Assembly: GCF_964213995.1 (NCBI RefSeq) | Contig: NC_135816.1 | Span: 80,476,001 to 80,540,000 of the forward strand | DNA length: 64,000 bases | Reading direction: 5' to 3' | Origin: Mustelus asterias | Lineage: Eukaryota | Shown here: piece after piece, positions 1 through 13,304 of the stretch | Position numbering within the stretch: the stretch's first letter is position 1 | Layout: each line of letters begins with the position of its first letter | Translations under genes and position numbers: made by a program | The notes under the pieces: model-generated | Told to the model about the DNA's origin: nothing | What the model saw: only the letters and a program-made list of their open reading frames with translations | Databases searched by the model: none

Positions 1-358
1 TAAAGCATGGTTCAGGCACAGCAAAGGAGATCGAGGAGCTGAGTTCCACTGATCACCAACCATCCTGGTGTGTGGGGGGAAGTGCGGGGTCTCAGCCACC
101 GCCATGGAGCGGGGTGGGTGGGGCGCTTGCATGGTTGTGAGATTTGGGGCGGTATGGAGGGTCTTCAGGACAGGGTTGGCCCTGGCTTGGGGCTTGAGTT
201 GCGCGATTCCCTCTGACCGCTGAATGACCCCTGAGGGGTCGCTTGTGAGGTTGACTCCCAATCCCACTGATGTCGCTCTGTTTACCCTGCCATCTGTCTG
301 CTGTAAGAAGTCTCACAACACCAGGTTAAAGTCCAACAGGTTTATTTGGTAGCAAATA

Positions 359-397
359 CCATAAGCTTTCGGAGCGTGCTGCTCCTTCGTCAGATGG
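359..397 (-). ncRNA. Minimal hammerhead ribozyme motif
   Basis: ccat CTGACGA a ggagc agcac gctcc GAAA gctt atgg. Confidence 0.75.
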
Positions 398-1574
398 AGT
401 GGTCTCTGTTCTCCAACAGTGCACAGACACAGAAATCAAGTTACAGAATACTAATTAGAATGCAAATCTCTACAGCCAGCCAGGTCTTAAAAGGTACAGA
501 TAATGTGGTTGGAGGGAACATTAAACACAGGTTAAAGAGATGTGTATTGTCTCCAGACAGAACAGCTGGTGAGATTATGCAAGACCAGGGGCAAGCTGTG
601 GGGGTTACTGATAATGTGACATAAATCCAACATCCCGGTTTAGGCCGTCCTCATGTGTGCGGAACTTGGCTATCAGTTTCTGCTCAGCGACTCTGCGCTG
701 TCGTGTGTCGTGAAGGCCGCCTTGGAGAACGCTTACCTGAAGATCCAAGGCTGAATGCCTGTGACTGCTGAAGTGCTCCCCCACAGGAAGAGAACAGTCT
801 TGCCTGGTGATTGTCGAGCGGTGTTCATTCATCCGTTGTCGTAGCGTCTGCATGGTTTCCCCAATGTACCATGCCTCGGGACATCCTTTCCTGCAACGTA
901 TCAGGTAGACAATGTTGGCCGAGTTGCAAGAGTAGGTACCGTGTACCTGGTAGACGGTGTTCTATAAGACGTGCCGGATCATCGACACGGATGCCATCAT
1001 CTCACGTGAGAACACCATCTACCAGGTACACGGTACATACTCTTGCAACTCGGCCAACATTGTCTACCTGATACGCTGCAGGAAAGGATGTCCCGAGGCA
1101 TGGTACATTGGGGAAACCATGCAGACGCTACGACAACGGATGAATGAACACCGCTCGACAATCACCAGGCAAGACTGTTCTCTTCCTGTGGGGGAGCACT
1201 TCAGCAGTCACGGGCATTCAGCCTTGGATCTTCAGGTAAGCGTTCTCCAAGGCGGCCTTCACGACACACGGCAGCGCAGAGTCGCTGAGCAGAAACTGAT
1301 AGCCAAGTTCCGCACACATGAGGACGGCCTAAACCGGGATGTTGAATTTATGTCACATTATCAGTAGCCCCCACAGCTTGCCCCTGGTCTTGCATAATCT
1401 CACTGGCTGTTCTGTCTGGAGACAATACACATCTCTTTAACCTGTGTTTAATGTTCCCTCCAACCACATTATCTGTACCTTTTAAGACCTGGCTGGCTGT
1501 AGAGATTTGCATTCTAATTAGTATTCTGTAACTTGATTTCTGTGTCTGTGCACTGTTGGAGAACAGAGACCACT

Positions 1575-1611
1575 CCATCTGACGAAGGAGCAGCGCTCCG
1601 AAAGCTTATGG
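1575..1611 (+). ncRNA. Minimal hammerhead ribozyme motif (Penelope type)
   Basis: ccat CTGACGA a ggagc agc gctcc GAAA gctt atgg. Confidence 0.75.
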
Positions 1612-2219
1612 TATTTGCTACCAAATAAACCTGTTGGACTTTAACCTGGTGTTGTGAGACTTCTTACTGTGCTTACCCCAGTCCAACGCCGGCATCTCCA
1701 CATCTGTCTGCTGGACAGGCTCTGTGGCTGACTGCTGCCATCCCATCCCACGCCCCACTAACAGCAACAAGAACCAGGCCTGGCAGTTATTGCTCCAGTC
1801 AAGACAGCTCTGCTGGTGTTAACACAGCTCCTCACACACCATGGACTCTGCAGTGCTGCCCTCATTGGAAACCCATCTCGTGCTCATCACGAGGGTGCTT
1901 CCCCACCGTCTGTCTGAACTGCCAGCCGTCCCAGGAAGCCACTGCAGCCCACATCCTGTATAAGCTTCAGGAGTTCCCTATGGGGACCCATTCACAGCCA
2001 CCTGTACTCGCCATGACGAGGATGTGGCCAGGGTTGGCAGCCCATTGAGGTGACACATGGCATTGTGGATGGTGCTGGCTTGCCAGCATCCAGATTCATG
2101 GAGATATGGGTTGCTGGGAGGGAATGAGGGGCCCAGCATGAATAACCTTACAGACTACCTCTCTCTCTCTTCTCTCTCTCTCTCTCTCTGTCTCCTTCCT
2201 CCCCAACATCCACACCAAA

Positions 2220-2545
2220 TCATAGAATCCCTCTAGTTGGAAGGTCGACTCCCAATCCCACTGATTGAGTCTGCACCAGCCGCAATCCCACCCAGGCCCT
2301 ATCCCTGTAACCATCCCCTATTTACCCAGCTGGTCCCCCTGACCCTCAGGGGCAATTTAGCATGGCCAATCCACCTAACCAGCACATCTTTCGGACTATG
2401 GGAGGAAAACAGAGCACCCGGAGGAAACCCACGCAGACATGGGGAGATTGCGCAAACTCCACACAGACAGTGACCTGAGGCCAGAATTGAACCTGCGTCC
2501 CTTGCGCTGTGAGGCAGCTAATTACTGTGCCACCGTGCCGCCCCA
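2220..2545 (-). mobile_element. tRNA-derived SINE (HE1/Mermaid-like)
   Basis: Head ggggcggcacggtggcacagt..ggttcaattc; core gtctgtgtggagtttgc..gggtttcctccgggtgctc. Confidence 0.8.
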
Positions 2546-2549
2546 AAGG

Positions 2550-4690
2550 CATAATTGATGTTGCATTCCAGTCAGTTGAGCTGGCTGTTATAATAGCAAC
2601 TGAGGAGGAGGAGGGAGATGTCTGCCTGCTGCAAGGCCAGCCTAGACCAGAGGCCAGAGCAGGAGACAGGGGGCCACCATCGAGCAGCAAAATATCAGCC
2701 CAAGGGAAGGGCTAGAGGACGTCGGAGATGGGGACCCCGCCTAGACAAAACCTGCATGTCCTTTGATAGCTGCCAGATGCCGTGTGTCACTGCAGGCTGT
2801 GTCTCAGCAAGGACATCGTGTGGCTCCTGTGCCATGTGCTTGCGGACTTGGCACCACATGGGGCAGGAGAACACCTGTTCCCTGAGACAATGAAGGTCAT
2901 GGTGTCCCTCAACTTTACCCCACCTGGTCCTTCCAGGCCACCGGTGGAGACTCCTGTGGCATCTCCCAGTCCTCTGCATACAAGTGCATCCGCAAGGTGA
3001 CAGGCAGGCCACTATATCACCCTTGATGTGGGTCAGGCCATTGCACACTCCTTGGGCCTCTCTCGTGTAGAACGGCGCTCTGGGCCTCTATGCATCAGCT
3101 CGGGGTACGGTTACCCCTGTGGGAGGTGGGTCACAGACAGATCAGCCACAGCTGTGGAATGCAACAACATTTATTAATGATTTGCTAATTGACAAAATTA
3201 ACAGAACCCTAACAGTGCACGCTTTCTCCCGTGTCCTCTTGCTGACCCTACAACTTCTTAACCTTAGGTGTCCTATCGCTACGTCTAGGTGCCCCCTGCC
3301 AGGCTGCATATCAGAGTTGGATGCAGTCAACCGCGTTGCCACACTCTATGGCCTGTGATGCCCTTGGCAGGCATCCCCTGGACTGTCATGGATGTGGCCG
3401 TGCCACCCTGTTCATCCAGCTGCCCAGGAGATGCACCAACGTCAGGAAGGGGGGAAGCGAAAGGCCTGGGTACGGTCGGGGGCTCGGGATCACCTGGCTC
3501 TGAAAGTCCTGGAGGCCCAGTTGTGTCTTCCCTGTGGTGTGAGAGCTCTCCGCCGTGGCCCTCTTCAGTCTGTACCATGCTCTGGTCCTCTCATCGATGG
3601 ATCTCTGAGCTTGGACCAAGCTCTGGATCCATTCAGCGATTGCCCTCTGGGTCTGGGCAAAGCTCTGGAGCCCCTCAGCAAGTACCCTCTGAGACTGGGC
3701 CAAGCTCTCGAGGCCCACAGCCATGGCACGCTGGAGCATACCTCTGAGGCCTTCATTCAGGTCCCTAGCATCTCGGCCATGTTCCCTGCCACCCATAATG
3801 GCCATTTCCTGCTCCAAGTTTTCCACGGCGGTCGTCACCCTTGGAGTGTTTGTCTGAGCGCCAATCAATGTTGGCACCATCTCCTGCAACTTAACGCTGT
3901 GAGAGTCCTCCAATCAGACTTACAGTTGCTGCAATGTTGCTGACAGTCCCCCCTGCCATCCCTGGATCTGCTTCTGCATCTTCAGCAGCTTCAGGGGAAC
4001 TGATCCCAGCGACCCGGCCCCTGGCTGGGGGGGGGGCTAGCTGTTTCCTCGGCTCTGGCAGACCTCCATGTGCCCAATCCGCCGGATGTTCCCGCTTTCA
4101 CCTGATGTTCAACGGCTGTGTGGTGTTCACCAGAAAGTGCCCCAGAAGCCTCACCAAGAACATGTCCCACTGTATCAGCACTGGTGGATGGTGCGTGTGA
4201 TGTCTCTGTCAACTGTTGGATGCTTTCCTTGGAGTTGTCATTGGACCCTCTCTCCAGGTATCCACGGGGTCTCAGCGGGGGCGCTGACCCCTGAGGGCCC
4301 AGCCTCATCGGGGTTGACTCCTGCAAAACAAGACACATGGGTAAGTGCAAGGGAGGGACAGATAACTGGGCAGATTGCAACTTACTTGAGATAGGTCATA
4401 TTAATGAAGGTTTTGTGGCTCCTCACTTCGGCGGCACACCCTGACCTGGCTGTCGGTCACGACTCTATCCTTGGATTCCCCCGACAGCTCGAAAGTAGTG
4501 AGAAAGTGCAGCTTGGGGACCCCACCTCCAGTCTTACCCCACTCCCAGCGATTATGGACCATATTCTCCTGTGGGGACAGAAGGAAGGGGATTGAAAGCC
4601 TGATGGTTAGGAGGGTGTGGGGTGTTGAGAGTGTTAGTGGTGGGGGCGATTGGGCGGGGTGTGTCGGCATGATGCTTCTGCAGGAAGGGG
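2550..4690. mobile_element. Degenerate PIF/Harbinger-like transposon remains (nuclease fragment on +, convergent second gene on -)
   Basis: CRLCLSKDIVWLLC..KVMVSLNF (2782..3000) resembles HARBI1-type RLRLSxxxVxxLC..VKVTxALNF; heptad-like ORF 3386..3913 on the opposite strand; recognised by eye. Confidence 0.5.
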
Positions 4691-4693
4691 TGA

Positions 4694-4891
4694 TGATGTG
4701 GAGATGCCGGCATTGGACTGGGGTGAACACAGTAAGAGTTTTAACAACACCAGGTTCAAGTCCAACAGGTTTATTTGGTAGCAAATACCATAAGCTTTCG
4801 GAGCGCTCCTCCTTCGTCAGATGGAGTGGAAATGTGCTCTCAAACAGTGAACAGAGACACAAAATCAAGTTACAGAATACTGATTAGAATG
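4694..4891 (-). mobile_element. Penelope 3' terminal fragment
   Basis: Matches reverse complement of ~1510-1704. Confidence 0.85.
4788..4824 (-). ncRNA. Minimal hammerhead ribozyme motif
   Basis: ccat CTGACGA a ggag gagcg ctcc GAAA gctt atgg. Confidence 0.7.
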
Positions 4892-4914
4892 ATTAGCATT
4901 CTAACTTAGCATTA

Positions 4915-7910
4915 ATGCTTCTAACAGGCCATCGGCCCTTAATATCCATCTTAAGTCTGTTCACTGGGATAATGTCCATGACGGCAGCTCGATTGCTAAG
5001 CTCGGCGTTGGTGCTGTCAGCCTACTCGTATGAGATCCGGTACCGTCAGTCAGAGAAACATGGCAATGTGGATGCTCAGTCAAGGCTGCCTTTTCCTGGA
5101 GATAAAGATGCTCCCAGCTGGAATCCGAAGATAACATACTTCACACAGGAGGATAAAGTTCCGCTCACTGCTCACCAGGTGCGGAATGCTATCCAGAATT
5201 ATCCGATTATGAATCAAGTATTGAATGTGGTCCAGAGAGGAAGCTCAAGTTGCAGGAACCATCTGGAGCTTTGGCCGTATATGTCCCAAAAATGGGAGTT
5301 GCCCATATTGGATGGATGTTTGTTATGGGGCATGAGAGTCGTCATTCCCCCATCATTAAGAGGAAAGGTGCTGGAACAGATACACCGAGGGCACCCGGGG
5401 GTAATGTGAATTTGATGAACAAGTTGAAGAAAAAGTGGGATCGTTTGAATCCTGAGCTTTGGTCGGGAAGGCCTCATCGCCCCTTCATCCGTGGGAATGG
5501 CCACAATCGCCGTGACAGCGATTCCACATTGACTTTGCTGGGCCAGCAGAAGGGCAGATGGTTTTAGTGGTAATAGAAGCCCACTCCAAGTTGCCGGGGG
5601 TTGTGGCTATGAAGTCCACGTCTGTGGAGTGAACACGAGACAAATTGAAGAAATATTTCCCCGGTTTGGTCATGGGGAACAAGTGGTCAGTGACAATGGA
5701 TCCCAGTTTGTGACACAGGATTTGACGGAGTACATGGTGCACCATGAAATCAGACATCTGATGTCGGCACCATATCACCCGGCGATGAATGGTCTGGTGG
5801 GTGATTTGTTTAGACTCTGAAACAGTCTCTGAAGTTGTCACAGGAAGGGGAGGGGTCGCTAGGGCGGAGGATAAATAAATTTCTTAGCACAACACGGCAC
5901 ACGCAACAACTCAGTGCTCACCAGCTTTGTTGATGTTCAACAGAAAAATAATCACCATGTTCAACCTGCTGTGACCGGAGGAGACCTAAGACTTGGTTAA
6001 ACAGAACCAAGAGGGACAGATGACCAGAATGTGTGAAGTCGAGGACTTTCCAGAGCGAGGAATTATACTTCTGAAGAGAAGTGGACACTGGCTAGCATTG
6101 TTACAGGTCCTTTGTCGTACACAGTACAGACCAGGATGAATTGGTTTGGGGAGGATCTGCGGACCTGTTAGTCACAGCACTGCATCAGAGGTGGGAAGTC
6201 CCACAAATGATGGAACCGTCCACGTTGGCCCCAGCGGGTTTGCCCAGCCCGAGTATTTCAGAGTCAGAGTTGATTCGCCCAAGGGAGGACGCAGCATCTG
6301 TGGCACCAGCCACCTGGGGAACGTCAGATAGGGGACCCTCATGCTGAACAGCAAGACCTTCCAGAATCCCGGGAGACTACTCTGGAAGAGGTTCAGGAAG
6401 CAAAGAAACAACTTCTACGAAACTGCCACCCCGCTGATAAACTCATTGGGTGTGATTCTCCCATTCCATTCCGCTAATTTTTCTGCACAGCAGGCTGGGA
6501 GAATCGTGCGTTGGCCGATTCGCGGGATTCCTGTGAGCAGTCGCGCCACATTTGCGTCTCCCAGGTCCGTATTTCTGGTGGTGTCTGCACTGCACTGGAA
6601 ATTGTTCGGGAGAAAGGGCGAGCAGTATTTTACTACTTAAATGCTATTAGCGGGCCCGGGACTGAATTCTCTTAGCCCGCTCGCATCTCCCACCCCACCA
6701 GGTGTATTTCCCTCCAGTGGGGTTCAGACTAGCTCCCTACTTTTGGGAGTTAACGGCCTGAATCTGCTGGAGTGAAGGGGGGGCAATCGGGTCCCCCCTG
6801 GGAGTTGCGCTAAGGAGAGGGTGGTGCCCCCTAGGCATGGTCCCTGGCACTACCCAAGGGGCAAAGTGCACATGCCTGGGGGCACTTGGCACTGCCCATC
6901 GGGCATGCAGTGCCAAGTAGACAGAGTCTATTGGGGGTCTTGCCTTCTGTGGTGGGACCTGCTGGGGTGGGGCCTAGGGAGTGACCTGTGGGGTTGGGGG
7001 GGTCCCGCTGCCACTCTGCATAGGGATCATTGGGGGCTGGAGGGCAGTCAGCGATCGGGGCGGTCTGGGATGGGGCGGTCAGCTGGGGGGGGCGGAGTCT
7101 GCCAAGGGGGTCTGCCATGGGGAGGGGGGGGGGTTGGTGGGGTTCTGCCTGTGGGAGGGTGGGGGAATCGCCACTGCTGGGGGCAAGGGGACTGGAGATC
7201 AGGGAGGTCCGGGACGGGGGGGTCGGGGCTGAGCCTGGGAATGTTCAGGTGGGCGGGGGGGCGAGATTGGGCCATGCGGGGTTTGGGGTGCAGCATTGTG
7301 GGGGTCCCGGGCTGGCCAGCGATCGAGCTAGTCAGCATACCAGAGGCTGACAGTTTGGGGCCTCTGCACATGCTCAGTGACCTGGTGATTTAAGCCTCTC
7401 CAGCGTGAATAGGCCCCGCCGCCTGAAATTTAATAATATTCATGTTTGTGGGAGATTCTTGTCTGAAGAGCCACTGAAAAGACCAGCATGAATTACTCCA
7501 GTTTTCCCACAAATTCGACACTTAGAAATTTTTTTGGGAGAATCGTCCCCATTCTGTCCATTTGTCAGAATGATTTTACATTGTGGTCAGTGGTAGATTG
7601 GAACACTCTGTACAAATAGGACTCATTGTGTGTAAACATGTTCTTCCTTGTTTGTATGTTTTCCACCTTTGCTTTCAGTTGGGAAATTTTGGATTTACGG
7701 GGGAGGTGATAATATGTATCTTTATATATATATAGAATGTTGAGGTTTGGGGTACTTTAAGAGTACAGGTCAGATGACCCCTGGGTGACCCGTGGGCTGT
7801 TAGCTCCGCCCTGTGGTCAGCCTTAGACCTGACTGCGAAAGAGTGCATACCTTCAATAAACTCCCAGTATTGAAGTATTCAAGCATACCTTGTGATTTCT
7901 AATCCCCCTT
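4915..7910 (+). mobile_element. Degenerate Gypsy/Ty3 LTR retrotransposon (RNase H-integrase, PPT, 3' LTR), split by a MITE
   Basis: LLTDH.PL, HGNADALSRLP, GCLLWGMRVVIP..LEQIH.GHPG, VVSDNGSQF, SAPYHPA.NG; PPT gggggagg at 7699 then TG; aataaa 7855. Confidence 0.85.
6448..7550. mobile_element. Non-autonomous Harbinger-type MITE; copies 26017-27122 and 43003-~43965 (right end deleted)
   Basis: TIRs GGGTGTGATTCTCCCA vs GGGGACGATTCTCCCA (13/16), 3-bp TSD ATT, GC-rich interior. Confidence 0.75.
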
Positions 7911-7929
7911 AGTCCACAGGGACATGCAG

Positions 7930-9570
7930 TGAATTCCTCAGCAAAGGCACTGCCTCGTTCATGATGTCTGGGTTAGAGCAACACACTGGACACTTCCTCG
8001 GGCGGAATACTTTTAATCCACCTCTTTTGCTTCAGGGTGCTGCCTGCTGAGGCCTTACTCTGCTGGCTGGGGTGGGCAGGGCCAGTGAATCGGTTTCTGA
8101 GGTCAGTGCCTCAGATAGGGTATTGCTCAGAGCTGGCTCAATGTCAGGACCTGGATATGTGACTGGGACTGACCCAGGATCAGGATCGGGAACAGTGACT
8201 GGGACTGGCCCAGGATCAGGATCGGGAACAGTGACTGGGACTGGCACTGAACAAGAACAAAGAACAATACAGCACAGGAACAGGCCCTTCGGCCCTCCAA
8301 GCCCGCGCCGCTCCCCGGTCCAGGATTGAATCCTGAATCCAGGATCCCCGCCCAATTTTCCAGCCTATCTACATACCAATATCCTATCCACCGAGCTGTC
8401 CCTCACAGCTACGATGCTTTGTTCATTACAACCTATTAACTTACCCCCACCCCCCCATTCCAGACCATGTGATCTCCAGGGAGAGGCAATGACTGGGACT
8501 GGCACTGGATCAGGATCGGAAACAGTGACTGGGACTGGCACTGGATCAGCAGGGCCATGGGATTAGGATTGGGGTTTGCTTCTTCCAATCCCTCGAAAAC
8601 AGATGGAACTGGTGGCTGTTGTCCTGGGCGTCGAGTGCCTTTAATTGGTTCACATAATATCATCCAGTCACCAGGCGTCCAGTAACATTTTATGCACTGA
8701 CAGTGTTGCTTTATCCACAACAGAATGGGGACCTGAATCCCTCGGGGACAGGAATGTTCTGGCTGAAAGACCGGCAGCGTTACCTGCTGTCCTACTTCAT
8801 ATTCGACCCGGCTCACCTTCCCTTTAAAGACAGCCGCACTCTGCTTCTTTCTTTTTGCTGTTTTGATGGCTGCTGCCTTCCGTGCAGCCTGTGTATTATC
8901 CAGTCGGGTTCTTATAGTTTTCTCATGAATAAAGCTGTGACCTCGGGCTCTGACAAGTTGAATCTTGGTAGGGGTTCAATACCTCTCATGGGGCTTCCAG
9001 TCTTTAAGAAATGGGGAGTGAATCCAGTTGAACAAGAGGGTCAGTTCCATCGGATCATGAGACCAAAGGAAAGGACTATTCCAGGTCGAGTTATTTTGCT
9101 GTATGACCTTGCGCTGCATCTCTTTGAGGGTGCGGTCCATCCTCTCTACAATCCTACTGGATTGAGGATGGTAGGGGGTATGAAACCTTTGGCTGTACCA
9201 AATATATTCAGCACCGCCTGCATTACCTGGGCCGTATAACTGCCACATCCTCTGTCTTTTGGTGTGCATCCTCTACCACAGAGGGTCCATCTACAAATAA
9301 TTTTACACATTTCTCTGCTCCCCAGGTTCCCTTGGGTCTTCCCCTGTTTTGTTTTGGCACAGATTGTCCCTTGGGATCAGTTGTTTCCGCTACCTGACAC
9401 TCATGGGGTTCCCCACCGTAGCTGAAGCTGTCAGCCAGGAAGGTGGGCAACTTGGTACATTTTACCGTAATGTCGTGTGCCTGCGTTAGGGTCCAACCCA
9501 TTCTGTAGTTTTGGCTGACTGTGCCATCTTTAATTTGGCCGTCCTGCAAAATGTGGATGAGAGTGTTGTA
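7930..9570 (-). mobile_element. Degenerate retrovirus-like pol (RNase H / integrase); copies ~27480-29795 and ~44300-45650
   Basis: LFVDG (RNase H); QRFHTPYHPQSSRIVERMDRTLKE (integrase); YEVGQQV. Confidence 0.75.
8250..8489 (-). mobile_element. Short retroposon with CR1-like 3' tail, unit 1 only
   Basis: gagggccgaagggcctgttcctgtgctgta+(ttgttct)n tail; 18-bp flanking repeat tgactgggactggcactg. Confidence 0.75.
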
Positions 9571-9611
9571 GAAAGATAGAAAAGAACAGGGCTACTATAC
9601 GATTGCCAGAC

Positions 9612-10692
9612 TGTTAGGGTTTTTGTCTAATCAACTTAGATGCAGAATTCACTTTAAATCAATGGGGAGTAAGTTTGTTAGTAATTGTAATGAGGTGTTT
9701 TAAATACTTTGTAGTTTTGAAGGACATGTAATACCTTAAATTAGTCCATACATATAAATATATCTTCTATACATTTTTAGAAGTTAAACAAAGAAACTTT
9801 GATGCACAGTTACAGAGTGCCCCTTTGATACCAAACACATGTTAGATACATTCCTTTAAAGCACCCAACTGTTGGAATCACAGGGCCATAAAGGAGGCTT
9901 CATTGCCTCACCTGACACCTTATCAGAAACAACTGATACAAGATTGAGTTTTAATGAAGCTGCTTCACAGTTTCCAATCAAAACAGAGTCAGAAAGACAT
10001 TAATGTCTTAGCTAATGAAAGAGTTATGGTCGGGGACTTAGTGGGAACTGACAAGAATTAATGGTAACATGATGACACCCCTCAAAATTGTAGGTTGTGA
10101 TGAAAAGCTCAGTCATTGAATTGATAAGCAATACATACGTGTGTTTCATTACGTTGGCAATAAACAAACTTATCAGGGCTATAATTGGGAAATATCCTGA
10201 AGGCAAATTGAGTTGACCACATCCCTTAGAGATTCAGTTAACTTCACTGACAAGGCCATAAAATACTAATGGCTTTTGTAGGTCCCCTTTATCAATTAAA
10301 GGATGCCCATGTGAGACTGTTTTAGTGAAGATGCTTTGTGAGGCTGCTATCAAAATAGAGACATGATGTCTGACTAAGAGACTGGAGGACAGGCTTAGGG
10401 ATGATATATTGGGGTATCCCACGAGGTATCGTGATCTCAGATCAGGGTGGTTCAGTGTTTTTTCTATTGGATCAATACGTAAAGTATGTCATTTGTAGCA
10501 CTTTTGATTGGATTGTGCCCAACTGACTGTGAGCTGCAGAATTGTATAAACCAGGATGATTTTCTTTGTCTGACCCATTGTGTCAAGACCGCTCCCCTTG
10601 CCAGCAAGTAAATAAAAACAATCTGTTGGTTAAGTATCTTGTGTTAATGAGTGTTTGTATTAAAGTCAAACTTGGAAGTTGAGATTTCGACA
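9612..10692 (+). mobile_element. Probable solo LTR; copies 29840-31050 and 45697-46779
   Basis: TG..CA ends, ATTGG boxes, TATAAA 10545, AATAAA 10611; no TSD found, left end uncertain. Confidence 0.5.
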
Positions 10693-10939
10693 GTATGTTC
10701 TGTCAGGATGGTTCAGGGAATCAGGCCAATGATATAAGGTGAAGTGGATCACCACCCAGAACACAGCTAACAATTGCTCCTCACATACAGAGATGCTGTG
10801 TTTTACTGGAGAAAGGAGCTGGGAAACATAGGCTACCACTCCGAGTCAGTAATGGAGCGCTGGGAGGAGAATGGTGCAAGTGTGGCATCCGTGGCTGCAA
10901 CTTCCAAGGCAAAGGGAAGCTCTGGGTCGGGCGCTTGCA

Positions 10940-12900
10940 GTGCGGGCACAGGTAGACACGCGGCAGCAGGATGTCATTGCTATGATGGAAACCTGGCTAA
11001 AGGCGGGGTTAAATTGGCAGCTCAATATCCCTGCTTATAGAGTCTTCAGACTCCCACTAGAGTGGGAGATAAAAAAGGGAGTAGCCCAAAGGTTAAATAG
11101 TCAATTCCAGTTATGAGAAGGGATGACATATTAAACAGGTTTAAAAAGTGAGGGTTTATGGGTTAAAAATGAAAAAAGTGCAAGCACAGTACTGGGAGTA
11201 TACTGCAGATCCTCAAATAGTGAAAGGAAGACAGTAGAACAAATATGTAGGCACATTTCTGCCTGTAATAACAAGGGCAATAACAGTAGGAGACTTTAAC
11301 TATTCCAATATCAACTGGGATTCAAACAATATAAGGGGCACAGAGGGAGAATCATGCATTGTGTGCAGGAAATTTTTTTCAGCGAACTAGTGACGAACCC
11401 AATGAGAAGGGATGTAATTCTAGACCTAGCCTTGGGGAACGAAGGGGCAAGTGGGTGAAGTGACAGTTGCCGACTATATCAGGGATAGTGATCACAATTC
11501 AGTTAGATTTAGCATTACTATGGAAAATGACAGAGATAAAGCTTGAATAAAGGTTTTGTAGGGGGGGGAGGAAAATTTTGTAGGAATGAGAAGGGACTTG
11601 GCTGAGATATACTGGACAGCCCTGCCACAGGATAAATTAATCGAAAACCAGTGGGAAGCACTGAACAGCAAGATCCTAAATATACAAAGCAGACCTGGCC
11701 CCTCCAAAATTGAGAATGATGCTGCCAAATCTGTACCCATCGGTTGTCCAGAAGAATTCAGGGGAAGATCAAACAGAAAAAGAAAGTGTATGATAGGAAC
11801 AAAGAACTAAGCACTGCAGATAAATTAGATGAATATCGGAAGTGCAGGGTCGAAATAAAGAAGAAAATAAAGAAATCAAAGCGAGAGCATAAAAAAATTA
11901 GCAAGAAAATTTAAAGAAAACCCACAAATGTTTTACCAAAATATTATTGGTCAAAGGTTAGCTAAGGGAAAAGTGGGACCTATCAGAGATGAAGAAAGGA
12001 ACTTGCGGATTGATGCAGAATCTGTGAGAAGGGTTTTAAATGAATATTTTGTCTCCATGTTTACAAAGGAAAGAGATGATGCAGATATAGCAGTCCAGGA
12101 GGAACACTGTGGGATATTGGACGGAATAATCATAAAGAGAGAGGAAGTACTTGAAGGGTTGCAATCCTTGCAATCCTGGAAATTGATAAGTCACCAGGGC
12201 AAGATGGACTGTTTCCAAGGCTGCTGAAGGAGATCAGGAAGGAAATAGCAGATGCTCTGAAGATGATTTTCCAATCCTCACTCGATAGAAGGGAGGTACC
12301 AGAGGACTGGAGAAATGCAAACATAGTTCCATTGTTTTAAACGGGATCAAAGAAAATGCCAAACAATTATACGCCAGTTAGTCTTACATTTGGTGGGCAA
12401 ATTAGTAGATTCAACCCTGAGATATAGGATTAACTGTCATGGAGAAAGGCAAGAATTTGTCAGGGATGATCAGCATGGATTTGCTAAAGGAATAATAAAG
12501 GTTTTTTTTCTTGGAACAAAGAAGGCTGAGGGGTGACTTGATAAAGGTATAAAATTACGAGGAGAACAGATAGAGTGGACAGTATTTCCCTTGGTGGAGA
12601 ATTCTGGAACCAGGGGACATTGATTCAAGATAAGTGGCAGTTGGTGTGGAGGGGACATGAAGAGGATTTTATTTTAAGCAAAGGGCAGCGGGTGTCCTGA
12701 ATTTGCTGCCTGAATTGGTGGTGGAGGCTGAGACCCTCAACTCTTTCAAAAAGTATCTGGATCTGCACCTTGAGTGCTGTAAGCTATAGGGCTATGACTT
12801 GGGTGCCAGAAGGTGGGACTGGAAAGGGCACCTGGGGTATCAGCAGACTGGCATGGACAAAATGGGCTGAATGACCTCCTTCTGTGCCGTAACTTTTCAA
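10940..12900 (+). mobile_element. Degenerate, internally deleted CR1-clade LINE; copies ~31300-33250 and ~47025-48990
   Basis: DVIAMMETWL, GDFNY, SDHNSVRF, LNEYFVSMFTKE, PEDWRNANIVPLF, QHGF. Confidence 0.85.
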
Positions 12901-13304
12901 TGGTTCTAAGTGCTGTCCTTGTCACATTATGGCTCTGGCCTCTTACAGAGCTGGGTGCCACCAAGTCTGAGTAGCATTCTTCGAACAAAGCACATTCACT
13001 GGAAGTGTAAGTAACGGTTCATTCTGAAATAAGGTGGCCTTTAGCATCTGATCAGGTCAGTCTGGTTTTAATGGGAATTTGATAGCCCAAGGCTTGGCCG
13101 CATGAAGACTATTTGTTCCAGCTCTGCAGTTTGCAAATTGCTGAGTCTGGCTCAGTTTAAAATGGACTTCCTCATTTTGAGTTTTCATCCATGTGCATGA
13201 AGAAATATCAATATTTGTGTAACAAACCTGGAGGTCATGTGTTTCCTGAACACAATAAGGATCCTGTAAATGGACCTTGCTGTGGTTTCTCTTCAGATTG
13301 TATA

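Larger units (their letters stand above)
304..1704 (+). mobile_element. Penelope-like retroelement, 5'-truncated, with inverted partial copy (GIY-YIG endonuclease)
   Basis: ORF 957..1367 has NIVYLIRC..WYIGET..LRQRMNEH..GLN; 304-963 is the reverse complement of 1009-1666; flanking repeat catctgtctgctg at 291-303 and 1701-1713. Confidence 0.92.

Noticed and set aside
6821-7393. Many overlapping Gly/Pro-rich ORFs
   Set aside because: GC-rich MITE interior; frames shift between copies at G-runs
10774-11040. 88-aa ORF between LTR and LINE as a host gene
   Set aside because: No recognisable domain, non-ATG start, runs into CR1 sequence, length differs among copies
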